Under the pieces are notes generated by a model, which saw only the letters and a program-made list of their open reading frames with translations, ran no database searches and was not told the origin of the DNA. A stretch of 64,000 bases of DNA from an uncultured cyanobacterium (GTDB taxonomy: Bacteria > Cyanobacteriota > Cyanobacteriia > Pseudanabaenales > Pseudanabaenaceae): the NCBI GenBank assembly GCA_963703315.1, contig OY969811.1, forward strand, positions 448,001-512,000, given 5' to 3'. This document shows positions 21,001 through 31,519 of this stretch, piece by piece. Position numbers and translations under genes: made by a program. Numbering within the stretch: position 1 is the stretch's first letter; each line of letters begins with the position of its first letter.

Positions 21001-22338
21001 ATGCAAATATCTTTAGCAAATCTATTAGAAGAATTGTCTGGCATTGAAATAATCACAAATCCTACGCAAGTTGCGAAACTTTCTGAAGATTATGCTCACT
21101 TTAGCCCAGTTCTTGTGCCACTACTAGCTAATAAAGTTGGGGATGTCGTAGTCCGTCCGAGTAACGAAAGCGAAGTTCTCCGAATTGCTAAAGCCTGTGT
21201 GAAATATCAAATTCCCCTGACGGTGCGTGGTAGTGGAACAGGGAACTATGGACAATGCACTCCACTCAAAGGTGGTGTGATTTTGGAAACTTCTCGACTG
21301 CAAGAAATTAAATGGATTAAAGCAGGACTTGCTTGTGTAGAAACAGGCGTAAAACTGGCAGCACTGGATAAAAAAGCTCAAGAAATTGGTTGGGAATCAC
21401 GCATGGTTCCTTCAACAGTACGCAGTGCAACCGTGGGTGGATTTATCGCAGGTGGTAGCGGTGGGATTGGCTCGGTGCTGTATGGACAACTGCGCGATCG
21501 CGGCAATTTGCGAGCCGTACGTGTAGTTACTCTCGAAGATGAACCGCGAATTATCGAACTACGCGGTGATGATGTGCAGAAGGTAGCTCATGCCTATGGA
21601 ACAAATGGCATCATTACCGAATTGGAAGTTCCCCTTGCGCCTGCCTATGGATGGGCAGAATTTATCGTTACATTTACTGATTTCATGACTGCGGCTAGAT
21701 TTGGGCAAGCCCTTGGCAATAGCGACGGCATCATCAAAAAGATGATTAGTGTCCATGCTGCGCCGATCCCTGATTATTTCACCGCTTTACAGAGTTATAT
21801 TCCTACAGGTTGCCATTGTGCTTTGGTGCTAGTTGCCGAAAGCGATCGCGAACCATTTCAGAGCCTTGTCCAAGAATTTAAGGGTGAGATTTGCTACGAG
21901 AAAAGCGCTCAGGACGCAGGTAAAGGAATTAGCCTAGTCGAATTTTCGTGGAATCATACTACTCTCCATGCCCGTGCTGCCGATCCTTCCCTTACCTATC
22001 TGCAAAGTCTATTTCTCAACGATCCCAAATTGGAACTTGTGCAGAGAATGCATGATTATTTTGGTGATGAAGTGATTATGCATTTGGAATTTATCAAAGT
22101 AAATGGAGTTGTGATTCCTGCGGCGATTCAAATTGTACGTTTCACGACGGGCGATCGCCTGAATGAGATCATTGAATACCATGAGTTGCAGGGCGTATTT
22201 ATTGCCAATCCCCACACCTATATTCTCGAAGATGGCGGCATGAAAACCATTGATTACGATCAGCTAAACTTCAAGCGCATGGTTGATCCCTACGGTTTGA
22301 TGAACCCTGACAAAATGAGAGGCTGGCAAACTAAATAA
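21001..22338 (+). CDS. FAD-binding oxidoreductase (VAO/GlcD-like)
   Basis: VRGSGTGNYGQC, ATVGGFIAGG, HAYGTNGII, DPYGLMNP. Confidence 0.88.
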   Translation: MQISLANLLEELSGIEIITNPTQVAKLSEDYAHFSPVLVPLLANKVGDVVVRPSNESEVLRIAKACVKYQIPLTVRGSGTGNYGQCTPLKGGVILETSRLQEIKWIKAGLACVETGVKLAALDKKAQEIGWESRMVPSTVRSATVGGFIAGGSGGIGSVLYGQLRDRGNLRAVRVVTLEDEPRIIELRGDDVQKVAHAYGTNGIITELEVPLAPAYGWAEFIVTFTDFMTAARFGQALGNSDGIIKKMISVHAAPIPDYFTALQSYIPTGCHCALVLVAESDREPFQSLVQEFKGEICYEKSAQDAGKGISLVEFSWNHTTLHARAADPSLTYLQSLFLNDPKLELVQRMHDYFGDEVIMHLEFIKVNGVVIPAAIQIVRFTTGDRLNEIIEYHELQGVFIANPHTYILEDGGMKTIDYDQLNFKRMVDPYGLMNPDKMRGWQTK

Positions 22339-22389
22339 TCAAAGGTGACGCTTTGCGTCACCTTTGATAGGCGATCGCAAGTTAAACTA

Positions 22390-22407
22390 TTTACATAACT
22401 TTACAAT
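22390..22407 (+). promoter_or_regulatory. HLR1-like (RpaB) direct repeat
   Basis: TTTACATA-AC-TTTACAAT matches (G/T)TTACA(T/A)(T/A)-N2-(G/T)TTACA(T/A)(T/A), 19 nt before the start codon. Confidence 0.6.
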
Positions 22408-22426
22408 GTATTTAAATTGAGTTGCT

Positions 22427-23845
22427 ATGACTGCCAATACTTTACTGAAAGATGAGCCTAAACCTGATGATGCCCAGCGATCGCAAATTTTGCCTGCGGG
22501 TGGACAAGATCCTGAGCGCTTTGATTGGCAAGAAGTTTGGTATCCCGTTTTTTACATTGAAGATTTAGACAAAACTAAACCTGCCAAATTTACTCTACTA
22601 GAGCGTGATTTGGTGATTTGGTGGGATCGCCATACAAACTCATGGAAAGCTTTTGACGATCGCTGTCCCCATCGGTTAGTACCTCTATCGGAAGGCAGAA
22701 TTGCCGAAGATGGCTTATTGGAATGTCCCTATCACGGTTGGGCATTTCAAGGTGATGGAAGTTGCGATCGCATTCCTCAACAGCCTGAAAATGGTACGGC
22801 TCACCTCTCACAACGGGCTTGCGTAAAGTCTCTGCCCACCACCGAGCGTCAAGGTTTATTATTTGTCTACGCTGGTAAACCTGAAAATGCACCCCATGTC
22901 AAAGTTCCCATTGTCGAACCTCTAGAAACTGATACCGAGAAATGGACTCTATTCGGAACCTTTCGCGATTTACCCTACGATGCGATTACTCTTTTAGAAA
23001 ATGTTCTCGATGCCAGTCATCTTCCATTTACCCATCACAAATCTGTTGGTAATCGCGCTAATGCCGCACCAATGGTTTTAGAAGTTCTCGAAACTGATAA
23101 GCATGGTTTTACAGGAACTTGGGAAGAAGGTCCCAGACGTGGCAAATTAGGAAGGCAGGATACAACTTTTGTTGCACCGTCGCTTATGTGGCATGACCTC
23201 ACATCTAAGCAATTTGGGCGCACTATGACTGTGGTATATGCCACACCCACCCGTAAAGGTGAATGTCGGATGTTTGCGCGATTTCCGTTTCAATTCAATT
23301 CCGCAATTCCTCGATTTTTTATTGGGATTACTCCCCGTTGGTATTCGCATATTGGACAAAATGGAATCTTAGAAGATGACCAGATTTTTCTCCATTATCA
23401 AGAACGTTATCTCGAACAAGCTCTTAAGCAAGATAATAATCAAAACTATGCTAAAGCTTTCTATTTAGCAACCCCAGCCGATACTTATGTTTCCGAATTG
23501 CGGAAATGGGTAAATCGCTATGAAGCCGATCCCTTTGTGGATAAACGATTAGCTGCACCTTTATCGAAGGAAGTTCTCTTAGAGCGCTATCATTCCCATA
23601 CTTCTAAATGTGCAAGTTGCAGTCAAGCTTTGCGAAATGTCCGTAAGCTTAAGACTATTAGTTTAGCGATCGCCGCGATCTCATGGACAGTCACGCCGTT
23701 AATCAGTTACTTTGTCCCAGCTAATTTAATTGTGATTTTGCTTGGTTCGATTACGGCGGCGATCGCGATTATTGTATGGCTAATCTGCAATAACCTAGAA
23801 CGTAAATTCATTTATGGACAAGAAACTCCATTACGCAATTTATAG
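22427..23845 (+). CDS. Rieske oxygenase, pheophorbide a oxygenase (PaO)-like
   Basis: CPHRLVPLSEG/CPYHGW Rieske site, ENVLDASHLPFTH Fe site, HTSKCASC, C-terminal TMs. Confidence 0.88.
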   Translation: MTANTLLKDEPKPDDAQRSQILPAGGQDPERFDWQEVWYPVFYIEDLDKTKPAKFTLLERDLVIWWDRHTNSWKAFDDRCPHRLVPLSEGRIAEDGLLECPYHGWAFQGDGSCDRIPQQPENGTAHLSQRACVKSLPTTERQGLLFVYAGKPENAPHVKVPIVEPLETDTEKWTLFGTFRDLPYDAITLLENVLDASHLPFTHHKSVGNRANAAPMVLEVLETDKHGFTGTWEEGPRRGKLGRQDTTFVAPSLMWHDLTSKQFGRTMTVVYATPTRKGECRMFARFPFQFNSAIPRFFIGITPRWYSHIGQNGILEDDQIFLHYQERYLEQALKQDNNQNYAKAFYLATPADTYVSELRKWVNRYEADPFVDKRLAAPLSKEVLLERYHSHTSKCASCSQALRNVRKLKTISLAIAAISWTVTPLISYFVPANLIVILLGSITAAIAIIVWLICNNLERKFIYGQETPLRNL

Positions 23846-23874
23846 CTGTCGCCACCCCATAAGCGAGAGCTATA
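23841..23874. mobile_element. Minimal 34-bp MITE remnant (family B)
   Basis: TATAGCTGTCGC...GCGAGAGCTATA; contains the stop codon of the upstream gene. Confidence 0.5.
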
Positions 23875-24014
23875 AAACCATACGATAGGGGGGACGTGAT
23901 GCAACCATCAATCTTATATACTGGCGATTGCAGAATGAGTGGCGGCGCATTGCGCCACCACTCGCTTCTTGGTTTGCTATATCTTCTAAATTTTGAGAAT
24001 AATTAGGGAAAACT

Positions 24015-24566
24015 ATGATTAAACTCTATGGTGGCGCGAGAAGTCGTGCCTCAATCGTTAAATGGTATCTCGAAGAATTGCAAGCTCCCTATGAATTTCA
24101 GTTGCTTGATATGAAAGAGGGTGAACATCTAAAACCTGAATTCTTAGCAATTAATCCCTTTGGCAAAGTTCCTGCAATCAATGATGATGGCTTGATCCTA
24201 TGGGAATCTGGAGCAATTATGCTTTACCTTGCCGAAAAATATAGCGAGGTAAAGACTTTAGAAGCAAGAGCGATCGCTTCTCAATGGGTATTGTTTGCTA
24301 ACTCTACATTGGCTACTGGCTTATTTGTTGCCGAAAGTCGCGAGAAAGAAACACCCCGTTTGCTAGATGGCTTAAACAAGATTCTCGAAAACAAGTCCTA
24401 TATTACTGGTGAAAACTTCACGGTATCAGATGTGGCAATTGGTTCGATTCTGGGCTATGCGATCATGATGCTGCAAATGTCCTATGCTGACTATCCTGCG
24501 ATCGATGCGTACATGAAACGAATTAGCGATCGCCCCGCTTACAAAAAAGCAATTTTAGGCATCTAG
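24015..24566 (+). CDS. Glutathione S-transferase
   Basis: SRASIVKWYLEEL, INPFGKVPAI, LWESGAI. Confidence 0.92.
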   Translation: MIKLYGGARSRASIVKWYLEELQAPYEFQLLDMKEGEHLKPEFLAINPFGKVPAINDDGLILWESGAIMLYLAEKYSEVKTLEARAIASQWVLFANSTLATGLFVAESREKETPRLLDGLNKILENKSYITGENFTVSDVAIGSILGYAIMMLQMSYADYPAIDAYMKRISDRPAYKKAILGI

Positions 24567-24616
24567 AGTTTTTGCCGCCCGCGTAGCGGGCGGTAAAAGC
24601 TTCTAGATAAATGCGT

Positions 24617-24652
24617 AAAAAAAGAGGGGGCGCATTGCGCCCCCTCTTTTTT
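24617..24652. terminator. Triloop hairpin / probable bidirectional terminator
   Basis: AAAAAAGAGGGGGCGC-ATT-GCGCCCCCTCTTTTTT between convergent GST and psbJ. Confidence 0.65.
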
Positions 24653-24660
24653 ATGGAAAG

Positions 24661-24780
24661 TTAGCTGGCAGAGCCAAGACCAACATAGGAACCATAAAAG
24701 AAAAGACCGACAACAACTAGTACACCAGTACCAGCAACAGTTGCAACTAGCCAAAGCGGAATGCGTCCATTTTGAAGCAT
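24661..24780 (-). CDS. psbJ: Photosystem II protein J
   Basis: [39 protein letters not shown]. Confidence 0.95.
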   Translation of the reverse strand: MLQNGRIPLWLVATVAGTGVLVVVGLFFYGSYVGLGSAS

Positions 24781-24878
24781 GAATTTAAACCTCCAGAGAA
24801 AATGATTTTATGAAATGAATTACTATGTGACTTAAATCATGTTTAGAAATGATTTACATCTACAAAAAAATTTAGTAC

Positions 24879-24995
24879 TTAGTTGAAGAAATAGCTGGAA
24901 AATAACAAAACAGTTACGAAAATGAGTAATAGTCCCAAGAAGAGAGAAGTACGATTTAACTCTACAGGTTGGCTATTTGGATTTTTAGGAGCCAT
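24879..24995 (-). CDS. psbL: Photosystem II protein L
   Basis: [38 protein letters not shown]. Confidence 0.96.
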   Translation of the reverse strand: MAPKNPNSQPVELNRTSLFLGLLLIFVTVLLFSSYFFN

Positions 24996-25049
24996 AAGTA
25001 AATAGTTTTCTTGTATTTGTTTCTAGATTGCGTCTTGAATGAAAAAGAA

Positions 25050-25184
25050 TTAGCGGCTAATGAATTGCATTGCTGCGATCGCGCCGATAAAAAACACGGT
25101 AGGAACGCCTAAACCGTGAACTGCTAGCCAACGGAAAGTAAATACGGGATATTGAACGGGTTGGTTAGGATTGTTGCTTGCCAT
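25050..25184 (-). CDS. psbF: Cytochrome b559 beta subunit
   Basis: [44 protein letters not shown]. Confidence 0.97.
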   Translation of the reverse strand: MASNNPNQPVQYPVFTFRWLAVHGLGVPTVFFIGAIAAMQFISR

Positions 25185-25270
25185 AGTTGATGAGTAAAGT
25201 TTTGCAGTGTGTTAATGCGTTTAACAGAATGAACGGAGCTTTGCAATATTGGAAGTGAAATAATTAGGAG

Positions 25271-25516
25271 TTATTTCCCAGTTGCGGAAATTTCTGCGTC
25301 AACATTGTAGCGATCGTTCAAGATGGGAGCTGTTTGGCGTTCTTGAGAGTAGTATTCGTTGGGGCGTGGTGTGCCAAATACGTCATAAGCCAAACCTGTG
25401 CTTACAAATAACCAACCTGCTAAAAACAAAGCAGGGATGGTGAGGCTATGAATTAGCCAATAACGAACGCTAGTAATAATGTCGGAAAATGGGCGTTCTC
25501 CAGTAGTACCTGCCAT
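25271..25516 (-). CDS. psbE: Cytochrome b559 alpha subunit
   Basis: [26 protein letters not shown]...[15 protein letters not shown]. Confidence 0.98.
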   Translation of the reverse strand: MAGTTGERPFSDIITSVRYWLIHSLTIPALFLAGWLFVSTGLAYDVFGTPRPNEYYSQERQTAPILNDRYNVDAEISATGK

Positions 25517-25737
25517 AACAGTCCTCTAAATGTGTAATGTCTAAAATCTTTATTTTAAATAATAATTTACTATTGTACCAAGTTGCGATCGCGGAGCTAA
25601 AACAATACCTCCATTAATTCTAAATATTTTATGAGAGTGCGCCCAAAGGGGCGCACTCTCATAAAATATTTAGATGAGTGACATATCTTTTGACATATCT
25701 ACAGGTTGTCTACAACTGAGTAGGCGATCGCCCAAAC

Positions 25738-25969
25738 TCACATAATTTCTTCAGCCAAGAGCTTACCCTTGACCCGTTTATACTCATTTTCCAGAAACCA
25801 TTCTTGGGCGGCTTGATAGTTGGAGTGAGAAACTACAAGTTTGTAATCTGCGGCAGGATTAAAAATATTACATCAGAATTTTCGGTAAAAAAGGGACTGG
25901 ATTAACCCAAAGTTCGATAAATTTCCAAGTCTTAGCCTGGTTTTCGAGGGCTGGTGCGAGGGATTGCAT
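25738..25969 (-). pseudogene. Degenerate paralogue of the 85-aa ORF at 26476-26733
   Basis: Co-linear DNA similarity from ATG to TGA with a 26-bp deletion (232 vs 258 nt) causing a frameshift. Confidence 0.8.
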
Positions 25970-26058
25970 TATTTTTGTTTTTGGTGAATAGGCGATCGCT
26001 GAGAGTAATTGATTCAGGCTATAATCACCTTGAAACTTTGCGCTAGAAGAGTCTCTCT

Positions 26059-26313
26059 ATGTCAATAGTTGTTACCCTTAATCCCAAATTAGAAGCATTG
26101 CTCCACCGCAGAGCCGCAAAACAAGGTCAAGATATTAATTCTATTGCATCCGAATTATTAGCGAGTATTTTAGATTGGGAAGAAAAAGACTCTGAGGAAG
26201 CTATTAAGGGCATTCAAAAAGGACTAGATGATTTTGAGTCAGGACGATATCGGTCTTTTCAAGATTTTGCTGAAGAACAACGCCATAAGTACAATCTGCC
26301 AGCCAATTCATGA
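26059..26313 (+). CDS. Putative ParD/RHH-like antitoxin
   Basis: Short protein IVVTLNPKLEALL...EAIKGIQKGLDDFESGRYRSF; its stop overlaps the toxin start (ATGA). Confidence 0.7.
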   Translation: MSIVVTLNPKLEALLHRRAAKQGQDINSIASELLASILDWEEKDSEEAIKGIQKGLDDFESGRYRSFQDFAEEQRHKYNLPANS

Positions 26314-26430
26314 ACTACCGCATCGAAATCTCAAGTATTGCTGAAGCTGATAGTGCTTTTTTACGACCTTCATATTCGCCACGCATACCAGCAAACAATT
26401 GGGGAAGATCTAGAATCAGGCGCAACTTAG
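26310..26430 (+). pseudogene. RelE/ParE toxin remnant with its centre deleted
   Basis: MNYRIEISSIAEADSAFLR joined out of frame to LHIRHAYQQTIGEDLESGAT*, the two ends of a ParE-type toxin. Confidence 0.7.
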
Positions 26431-26475
26431 GCGATCGCCTTACTTTAATTTTTATGAATAGGCGATCGCCCAAAC

Positions 26476-26733
26476 TCACATAATTTCTCCAGCCAAGAGC
26501 TTACCCTTGACCCGTTCATATTCATCTTCCAGAAACCACTCTTGGGCTGCTTGATAATTCGAGTGAGAGACTACCAACTTGTAATCTGCGGCAGGATTAA
26601 AGACATTGCATTTGCCATCATGATCACCAATAAGCATCAGGATTTTAGGTGGAAAAGGAATTGGATCAACCCAAAGTTCGATAAATTTCCAAGTTTTAGC
26701 CTGTTTTTCGAGATCTGGTGCGAGGGATTGCAT
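26476..26733 (-). CDS. Small conserved cyanobacterial-type hypothetical protein (85 aa)
   Basis: MQSLAPDLEKQAKTWKFIELWVDP...AAQEWFLEDEYERVKG; duplicated locally. Confidence 0.7.
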   Translation of the reverse strand: MQSLAPDLEKQAKTWKFIELWVDPIPFPPKILMLIGDHDGKCNVFNPAADYKLVVSHSNYQAAQEWFLEDEYERVKGKLLAGEIM

Positions 26734-26823
26734 AATAATCACTCATGTTTTCTGTTCGGAAATTGAATCATTAATTCCTACCAGCAGACAATCTCAAAAA
26801 AAGAGATAAACCTATGAAGAATA

Positions 26824-27300
26824 TTAATTTGCGTCTGGCTCCCAACCCATTTTAAATGTACCGATGTTGTGATCCCAAATTGATTTGTGAATAGGAGAGC
26901 CAGTTACTTGCCGTGTAAACTTTTGTTGTTCACCCTCTGACACAAGTATACGTTTGTGATCTTCAAATCGATATAAATTCGGTTCGCGCCAAAAAATTGT
27001 CTCCAAGCAACTTGTTGGGTCAGTCTCTACCCTCAAATCCGAAACGTGTCTTGCTTCAAGATAAGGATTATGTCCACATATTATGATTCCACTAGAAATT
27101 TCTGCTCGGTATGGGTTATTAGAAGGTCGTTTCGCATAACTTGCAAGCTCAGACACAGTTGAATTCAAAACGGCATATAACAACTCAACAGAACTTGAAA
27201 CACGATCTTCTGACCATTGAGGTGGCAGGATACAAACGATACGGTCTGCTAATGCTGCTGCATCATTTGCCCATTCCCAAGTAACGAGCCAAGCTTTCAT
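26824..27300 (-). CDS. Hypothetical protein
   Basis: Open frame; likely start MKAWLVTWEW at 27300 (ORF track starts at 27339). No family recognised. Confidence 0.6.
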   Translation of the reverse strand: MKAWLVTWEWANDAAALADRIVCILPPQWSEDRVSSSVELLYAVLNSTVSELASYAKRPSNNPYRAEISSGIIICGHNPYLEARHVSDLRVETDPTSCLETIFWREPNLYRFEDHKRILVSEGEQQKFTRQVTGSPIHKSIWDHNIGTFKMGWEPDAN

Positions 27301-27801
27301 CAAAACACCTGAGCAATGATGATGTAAACATTTTATCAAAAAACTATAAAAATATATAAATTTTTTCTCTAAAAGTTATCACAGTCAACAAAATATTTTA
27401 AAGACAATATCGTCAGTAAGTAAATGTAAGTATGCCATTTTAGCGATCAATTAACCTCACTCTTACAAGTAACCATAGTAAATAAGTAATGATTAACTAG
27501 GTAAGGTTAGATTAGAATCTATAATCACGATAAAATAATATATTGATAAAACCACTAATTTGCTAGTTTTTCTCACAAACTCAAGCCTCAACATGACGAT
27601 ATACTGAGAACCATCAAGGTATATCTACTTAATTAACATAACTAATAGAGTCATTTGCTGAAGCAATCGCTCAACCAGTGACTTAAAATAACAAAGATTT
27701 GGGATTTGTCGCGCTTAGCACAACAGATCCTAAATAACTAGCAAAAACTAGCACCACTAGCCAAAGCAACAGTTTACAGAGTAAAGAGGCGATCGCAAAT
27801 C

Positions 27802-28983
27802 ATGGTGATGATTGAAACCAAAGCCGAACGCATGGTCATAAATATGGGACCTCACCACCCATCCATGCACGGCGTTCTTAGACTTATCGTCACGCTAGAC
27901 GGCGAAAACGTAGTCGATTGCGAACCTGTTTTAGGTTACTTGCATCGCTCCATGGAAAAAATCGCTGAAAACCGCACGATTATCCAATATTTGCCCTACG
28001 TGACCCGATGGGATTACCTCGCGACCATGTTCACCGAGGCAATCACCGTCAATGCCCCCGAAAAACTAGCCAATGTGCCAGTGCCGCGACGCGCCAGCTA
28101 CATTCGGATGATCATGCTAGAACTTAGCCGCATCGCCTCTCACCTACTGTGGCTCGGCACATTCGTCGCAGATATCGGCGCACAAACCCCATTTTTCTAC
28201 GTCTTCCGCGAACGGGAAATGATCTATGATCTGTTCGAGGCAGCAACAGGGATGCGGATGATGCATAACTATTTCCGCATCGGGGGCGTTGCCGCTGACC
28301 TACCCTATGGTTGGATCGAGAAATGTGAAGATTTTTGCAATTACTTCACCCCTGTTATTGACGAATACGAAAAATTAATTACCAATAACCCGATCTTCCG
28401 TAAACGGATTGAAGGCTTAGGCACAATTACCCGCGATGAAGCCATTAACTGGGGCTTGTCAGGACCTATGTTGCGCGGTTCAGGTGTAAAACTCGATTTG
28501 CGTAAAGTCGATCACTACGAACTTTACGATGAACTCGATTGGGATGTGCAGTGGGACAACGGCGGCGACTGTTTAGCTCGTTATTTGGTGCGCGTCCGTG
28601 AAATGCGCGAATCCACCAAAATGATCCTGCAATGTCTCAAGCAAATTCCGGGAGGATCTTACGAGAACCTTGAAGCACAGCGCGTTCTGGCGGGACCTAA
28701 GAGCGAATGGAACTCGATGGACTATCAGTTTATTAGCAAAAAACCATCTCCCACCTTCAAGGTTGCGGCTGGCGAGCATTATGTCCGCGTCGAAGCGCCC
28801 AAGGGTGAACTGGGTGTCTATATCATTGGTGAAGATAGCGTCTTCCCTTGGCGTTTCAAGATTCGTCCACCTGGATTTATCAATTTACAGATTTTGCCTG
28901 AACTGGTGCGCGGCATGAAGCTTGCTGACATCATGGCAATCTTAGGAAGTGTGGACATTATTATGGGTGAGGTCGATCGCTAA
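27802..28983 (+). CDS. ndhH: NDH-1 subunit H
   Basis: [32 protein letters not shown]. Confidence 0.97.
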   Translation: MVMIETKAERMVINMGPHHPSMHGVLRLIVTLDGENVVDCEPVLGYLHRSMEKIAENRTIIQYLPYVTRWDYLATMFTEAITVNAPEKLANVPVPRRASYIRMIMLELSRIASHLLWLGTFVADIGAQTPFFYVFREREMIYDLFEAATGMRMMHNYFRIGGVAADLPYGWIEKCEDFCNYFTPVIDEYEKLITNNPIFRKRIEGLGTITRDEAINWGLSGPMLRGSGVKLDLRKVDHYELYDELDWDVQWDNGGDCLARYLVRVREMRESTKMILQCLKQIPGGSYENLEAQRVLAGPKSEWNSMDYQFISKKPSPTFKVAAGEHYVRVEAPKGELGVYIIGEDSVFPWRFKIRPPGFINLQILPELVRGMKLADIMAILGSVDIIMGEVDR

Positions 28984-30101
28984 TGTACGGTGGAATTGAT
29001 TTACAAAGATCTTTAATTGAAATCCTGACAGGGCTGGGCTTACCCGCCGATGTCGCCAAAGTAATTTGGATGTTATTGCCAATGGCAGTAATGGTTTTAG
29101 GCGTAACTGTAGGCGCACTCGTCTGCACATGGCTAGAGCGGAAAATCTCTGCCGCCGCTCAACAACGGATTGGTCCCGAATATGCGGGCCCATTTGGTTT
29201 ACTAATTCCCCTTGCCGACGTTGGTAAACTCTTAATTAAGCAAGGCACGATCCCTGCTAAAGCCGATCCCTTGCTCTACACGATTGGACCTGCCCTAGTA
29301 TTTACATCTGTTTTCCTTTGCTATTTAGTGATCCCCTTTGGTCAGAATATGATCATTTCGGATATCGGCACAGGCGTATTTTTTATCATTGCTATTTCTA
29401 GCGTTGCGCCTATCGGTTTACTGATGGCAGGTTATTCTTCTAACAACAAATACTCGCTGCTTGGTGGGTTACGCGCTGCCGCACAGTCGATTAGTTACGA
29501 AATTCCTCTAGCATTAGCAGTGCTTGCGATCGCCTTGATGACCAATGGACTTAGCACCATTGATATTGTTAATCAGCAAGCCGAGTACGGAATTTTGTCT
29601 TGGAATATTTGGCGACAACCGATTGGCTTTGTAATCTTCATCATTGCGGCTTTGGCGGAATGTGAACGCTTACCCTTTGACTTGCCAGAAGCAGAAGAAG
29701 AACTCGTTGCAGGTTATCAAACCGAATACTCAGGGATCAGGTTCGCCTTTTTCTATGGCGGTTCCTACGCTAACCTTTTGCTCGCTGGTTTACTTGCATC
29801 GATTCTTTACCTCGGCGGCTGGGAATTGCCTTTCCCTATTGACAGAATTAGCGATGCTTTGGGAATTCAACCAAATACAGCTTGGTGGGAAGTTCTAGCA
29901 GCTTTCATTGGTTTAACTGCCACCCTAGTTAAAACCTATGCCTTCATCTTCTTTGCAATCCTGTTACGTTGGACAGTTCCCCGCGTGCGGATCGACCAAT
30001 TGCTAGATTTGGGCTGGAAATTTTTACTGCCCATCGGATTGGCTAATCTTTTGATTACCGCCGCTTTGAAACTAGCTTTCCCCTTTGCGTTTGGTGGATA
30101 A
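28983..30101 (+). CDS. ndhA: NDH-1 subunit A (NuoH)
   Basis: [37 protein letters not shown]. Confidence 0.97.
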   Translation: MYGGIDLQRSLIEILTGLGLPADVAKVIWMLLPMAVMVLGVTVGALVCTWLERKISAAAQQRIGPEYAGPFGLLIPLADVGKLLIKQGTIPAKADPLLYTIGPALVFTSVFLCYLVIPFGQNMIISDIGTGVFFIIAISSVAPIGLLMAGYSSNNKYSLLGGLRAAAQSISYEIPLALAVLAIALMTNGLSTIDIVNQQAEYGILSWNIWRQPIGFVIFIIAALAECERLPFDLPEAEEELVAGYQTEYSGIRFAFFYGGSYANLLLAGLLASILYLGGWELPFPIDRISDALGIQPNTAWWEVLAAFIGLTATLVKTYAFIFFAILLRWTVPRVRIDQLLDLGWKFLLPIGLANLLITAALKLAFPFAFGG

Positions 30102-30102
30102 G

Positions 30103-30140
30103 CCCTCACCCCTAGCCCCTCTCCCAGAGGGAGAGGGGGA
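30103..30140. repeat. CCCTCACCCC-type palindromic repeat
   Basis: CCCTCACCCCTAGCCCCTCTCCCAGAGGGAGAGGGG; second copy at 31460-31495. Confidence 0.65.
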
Positions 30141-30186
30141 CAAGATTTTTGAATTTAAAGCAGAAACTTAAAACCCAATTACCACA

Positions 30187-30774
30187 ATGCTGAAATTTCT
30201 TAGTAAAGTTGGTGAATACACCAAAGAAGCAGTCCAAGCGGCGAAATATATCGGACAAGGGATGTCAGTAACCTTTGACCATATGCGCCGCCGTCCAATT
30301 ACGGTGCAGTATCCTTACGAAAAGTTGATTCCTTCTGAGCGCTTTCGCGGACGCATTCACTTTGAGTTTGATAAGTGCATTTCCTGTGAAGTTTGTGTGC
30401 GCGTATGTCCGATTAATTTGCCTGTAGTGGATTGGACATTCAACACCGAAATCAAGAAAAAGGAACTCAAGAGTTATAGCATCGACTTTGGAGTATGTAT
30501 TTTTTGTGGTAACTGTGTGGAATACTGCCCCACTAATGCCCTATCCATGACTGAAGAATACGATCTGTCCACCTTCGATCGCCACGAATTGAACTTTGAT
30601 AGCGTTGCCCTCGGACGGATGCCGACCAAAGTTACGGAAGATCCTTTTGTGACACCAATTCGTGAGTTGGCTTACTTGCCTAAGGGTGTGATTGAGGGAC
30701 ATGAAGTACCACATACCGCCAAGCGTGCAGGTCAGCGACCTGAAGAAATTGCTGAAACTTCTGAAGAAAAATAA
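30187..30774 (+). CDS. ndhI: NDH-1 subunit I
   Basis: Two 4Fe-4S motifs [12 protein letters not shown] and [12 protein letters not shown]. Confidence 0.97.
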   Translation: MLKFLSKVGEYTKEAVQAAKYIGQGMSVTFDHMRRRPITVQYPYEKLIPSERFRGRIHFEFDKCISCEVCVRVCPINLPVVDWTFNTEIKKKELKSYSIDFGVCIFCGNCVEYCPTNALSMTEEYDLSTFDRHELNFDSVALGRMPTKVTEDPFVTPIRELAYLPKGVIEGHEVPHTAKRAGQRPEEIAETSEEK

Positions 30775-30846
30775 CTAAATTAATAAAGATGCTACGCATC
30801 TTTTTAATTTAGTTTTTAAGATTAGGACTAATAAAGGAAATTTAGA

Positions 30847-31452
30847 ATGAACAATATTGGTTTAGGTGATGGTTCGCAAACCGTATCTCTAGTTGTCTTA
30901 GCCGCAATGATGACAGCTTCGGCGATGGGTGTGGTGCTGTTGCAAAATATTGTCTATGCGGCATTTTTGCTCGGTGCAACTTTTATCAGTGTGGCGGGGC
31001 TATATCTGTTGCTCAATGCTGATTTTGTGGCAGCAGCGCAGGTTTTGATTTATGTCGGTGCGGTAAATATTTTGATCCTATTTGCGATCATGCTGGTCAA
31101 TAAGCGTCAAGACTATCAAGATGTGAAATATGGTGCTTTACGCAGTGTCGTCACAGGCGTAGTTTGCTTAGGACTGTTTGCATTGCTAGGAGTTACGGTA
31201 ACTTCAACAAATTGGGCGATCGCTCCTGTCGCCAAGCTTTCCTCCACAATGGTAGTGATTGGTCAGCACTTCTTTAGTGATTACTTACTACCCTTTGAAT
31301 TAGCATCAATACTGCTATTGGTGTCTCTGATTGGTGCGATCGTGCTGGCACGTCGGGAGTTTGTACCTGATGCTGTAGTCGGACAAACAGATTCAGAAGA
31401 GTCTCTTGAATTGTTAGAAAAGCCAAAAGAACAACTTGTTGCTTCTAAATAG
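30847..31452 (+). CDS. ndhG: NDH-1 subunit G (NuoJ)
   Basis: AAQVLIYVGAVNILILFAIML, YLLPFELAS. Confidence 0.96.
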   Translation: MNNIGLGDGSQTVSLVVLAAMMTASAMGVVLLQNIVYAAFLLGATFISVAGLYLLLNADFVAAAQVLIYVGAVNILILFAIMLVNKRQDYQDVKYGALRSVVTGVVCLGLFALLGVTVTSTNWAIAPVAKLSSTMVVIGQHFFSDYLLPFELASILLLVSLIGAIVLARREFVPDAVVGQTDSEESLELLEKPKEQLVASK

Positions 31453-31459
31453 ATTTTCG

Positions 31460-31495
31460 CCCTCACCCCTCGCCCCTCTCTCGCAGGAGAGGAGA
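31460..31495. repeat. CCCTCACCCC-type palindromic repeat (degenerate)
   Basis: CCCTCACCCCTCGCCCCTCTCTCGCAGGAGAGGAGA. Confidence 0.6.
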
Positions 31496-31519
31496 ACAAG
31501 AAACTAATAGTAAACAGAT

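Noticed and set aside
24563..24754. 63-aa Cys/Trp-rich ORF as a RiPP-like peptide
   Set aside because: Alternate frame of psbJ plus hairpins.
27340..27800. Long AT-rich intergenic region as an sRNA or origin
   Set aside because: No recognisable RNA structure or DnaA-box cluster; probably the ndhH promoter region.
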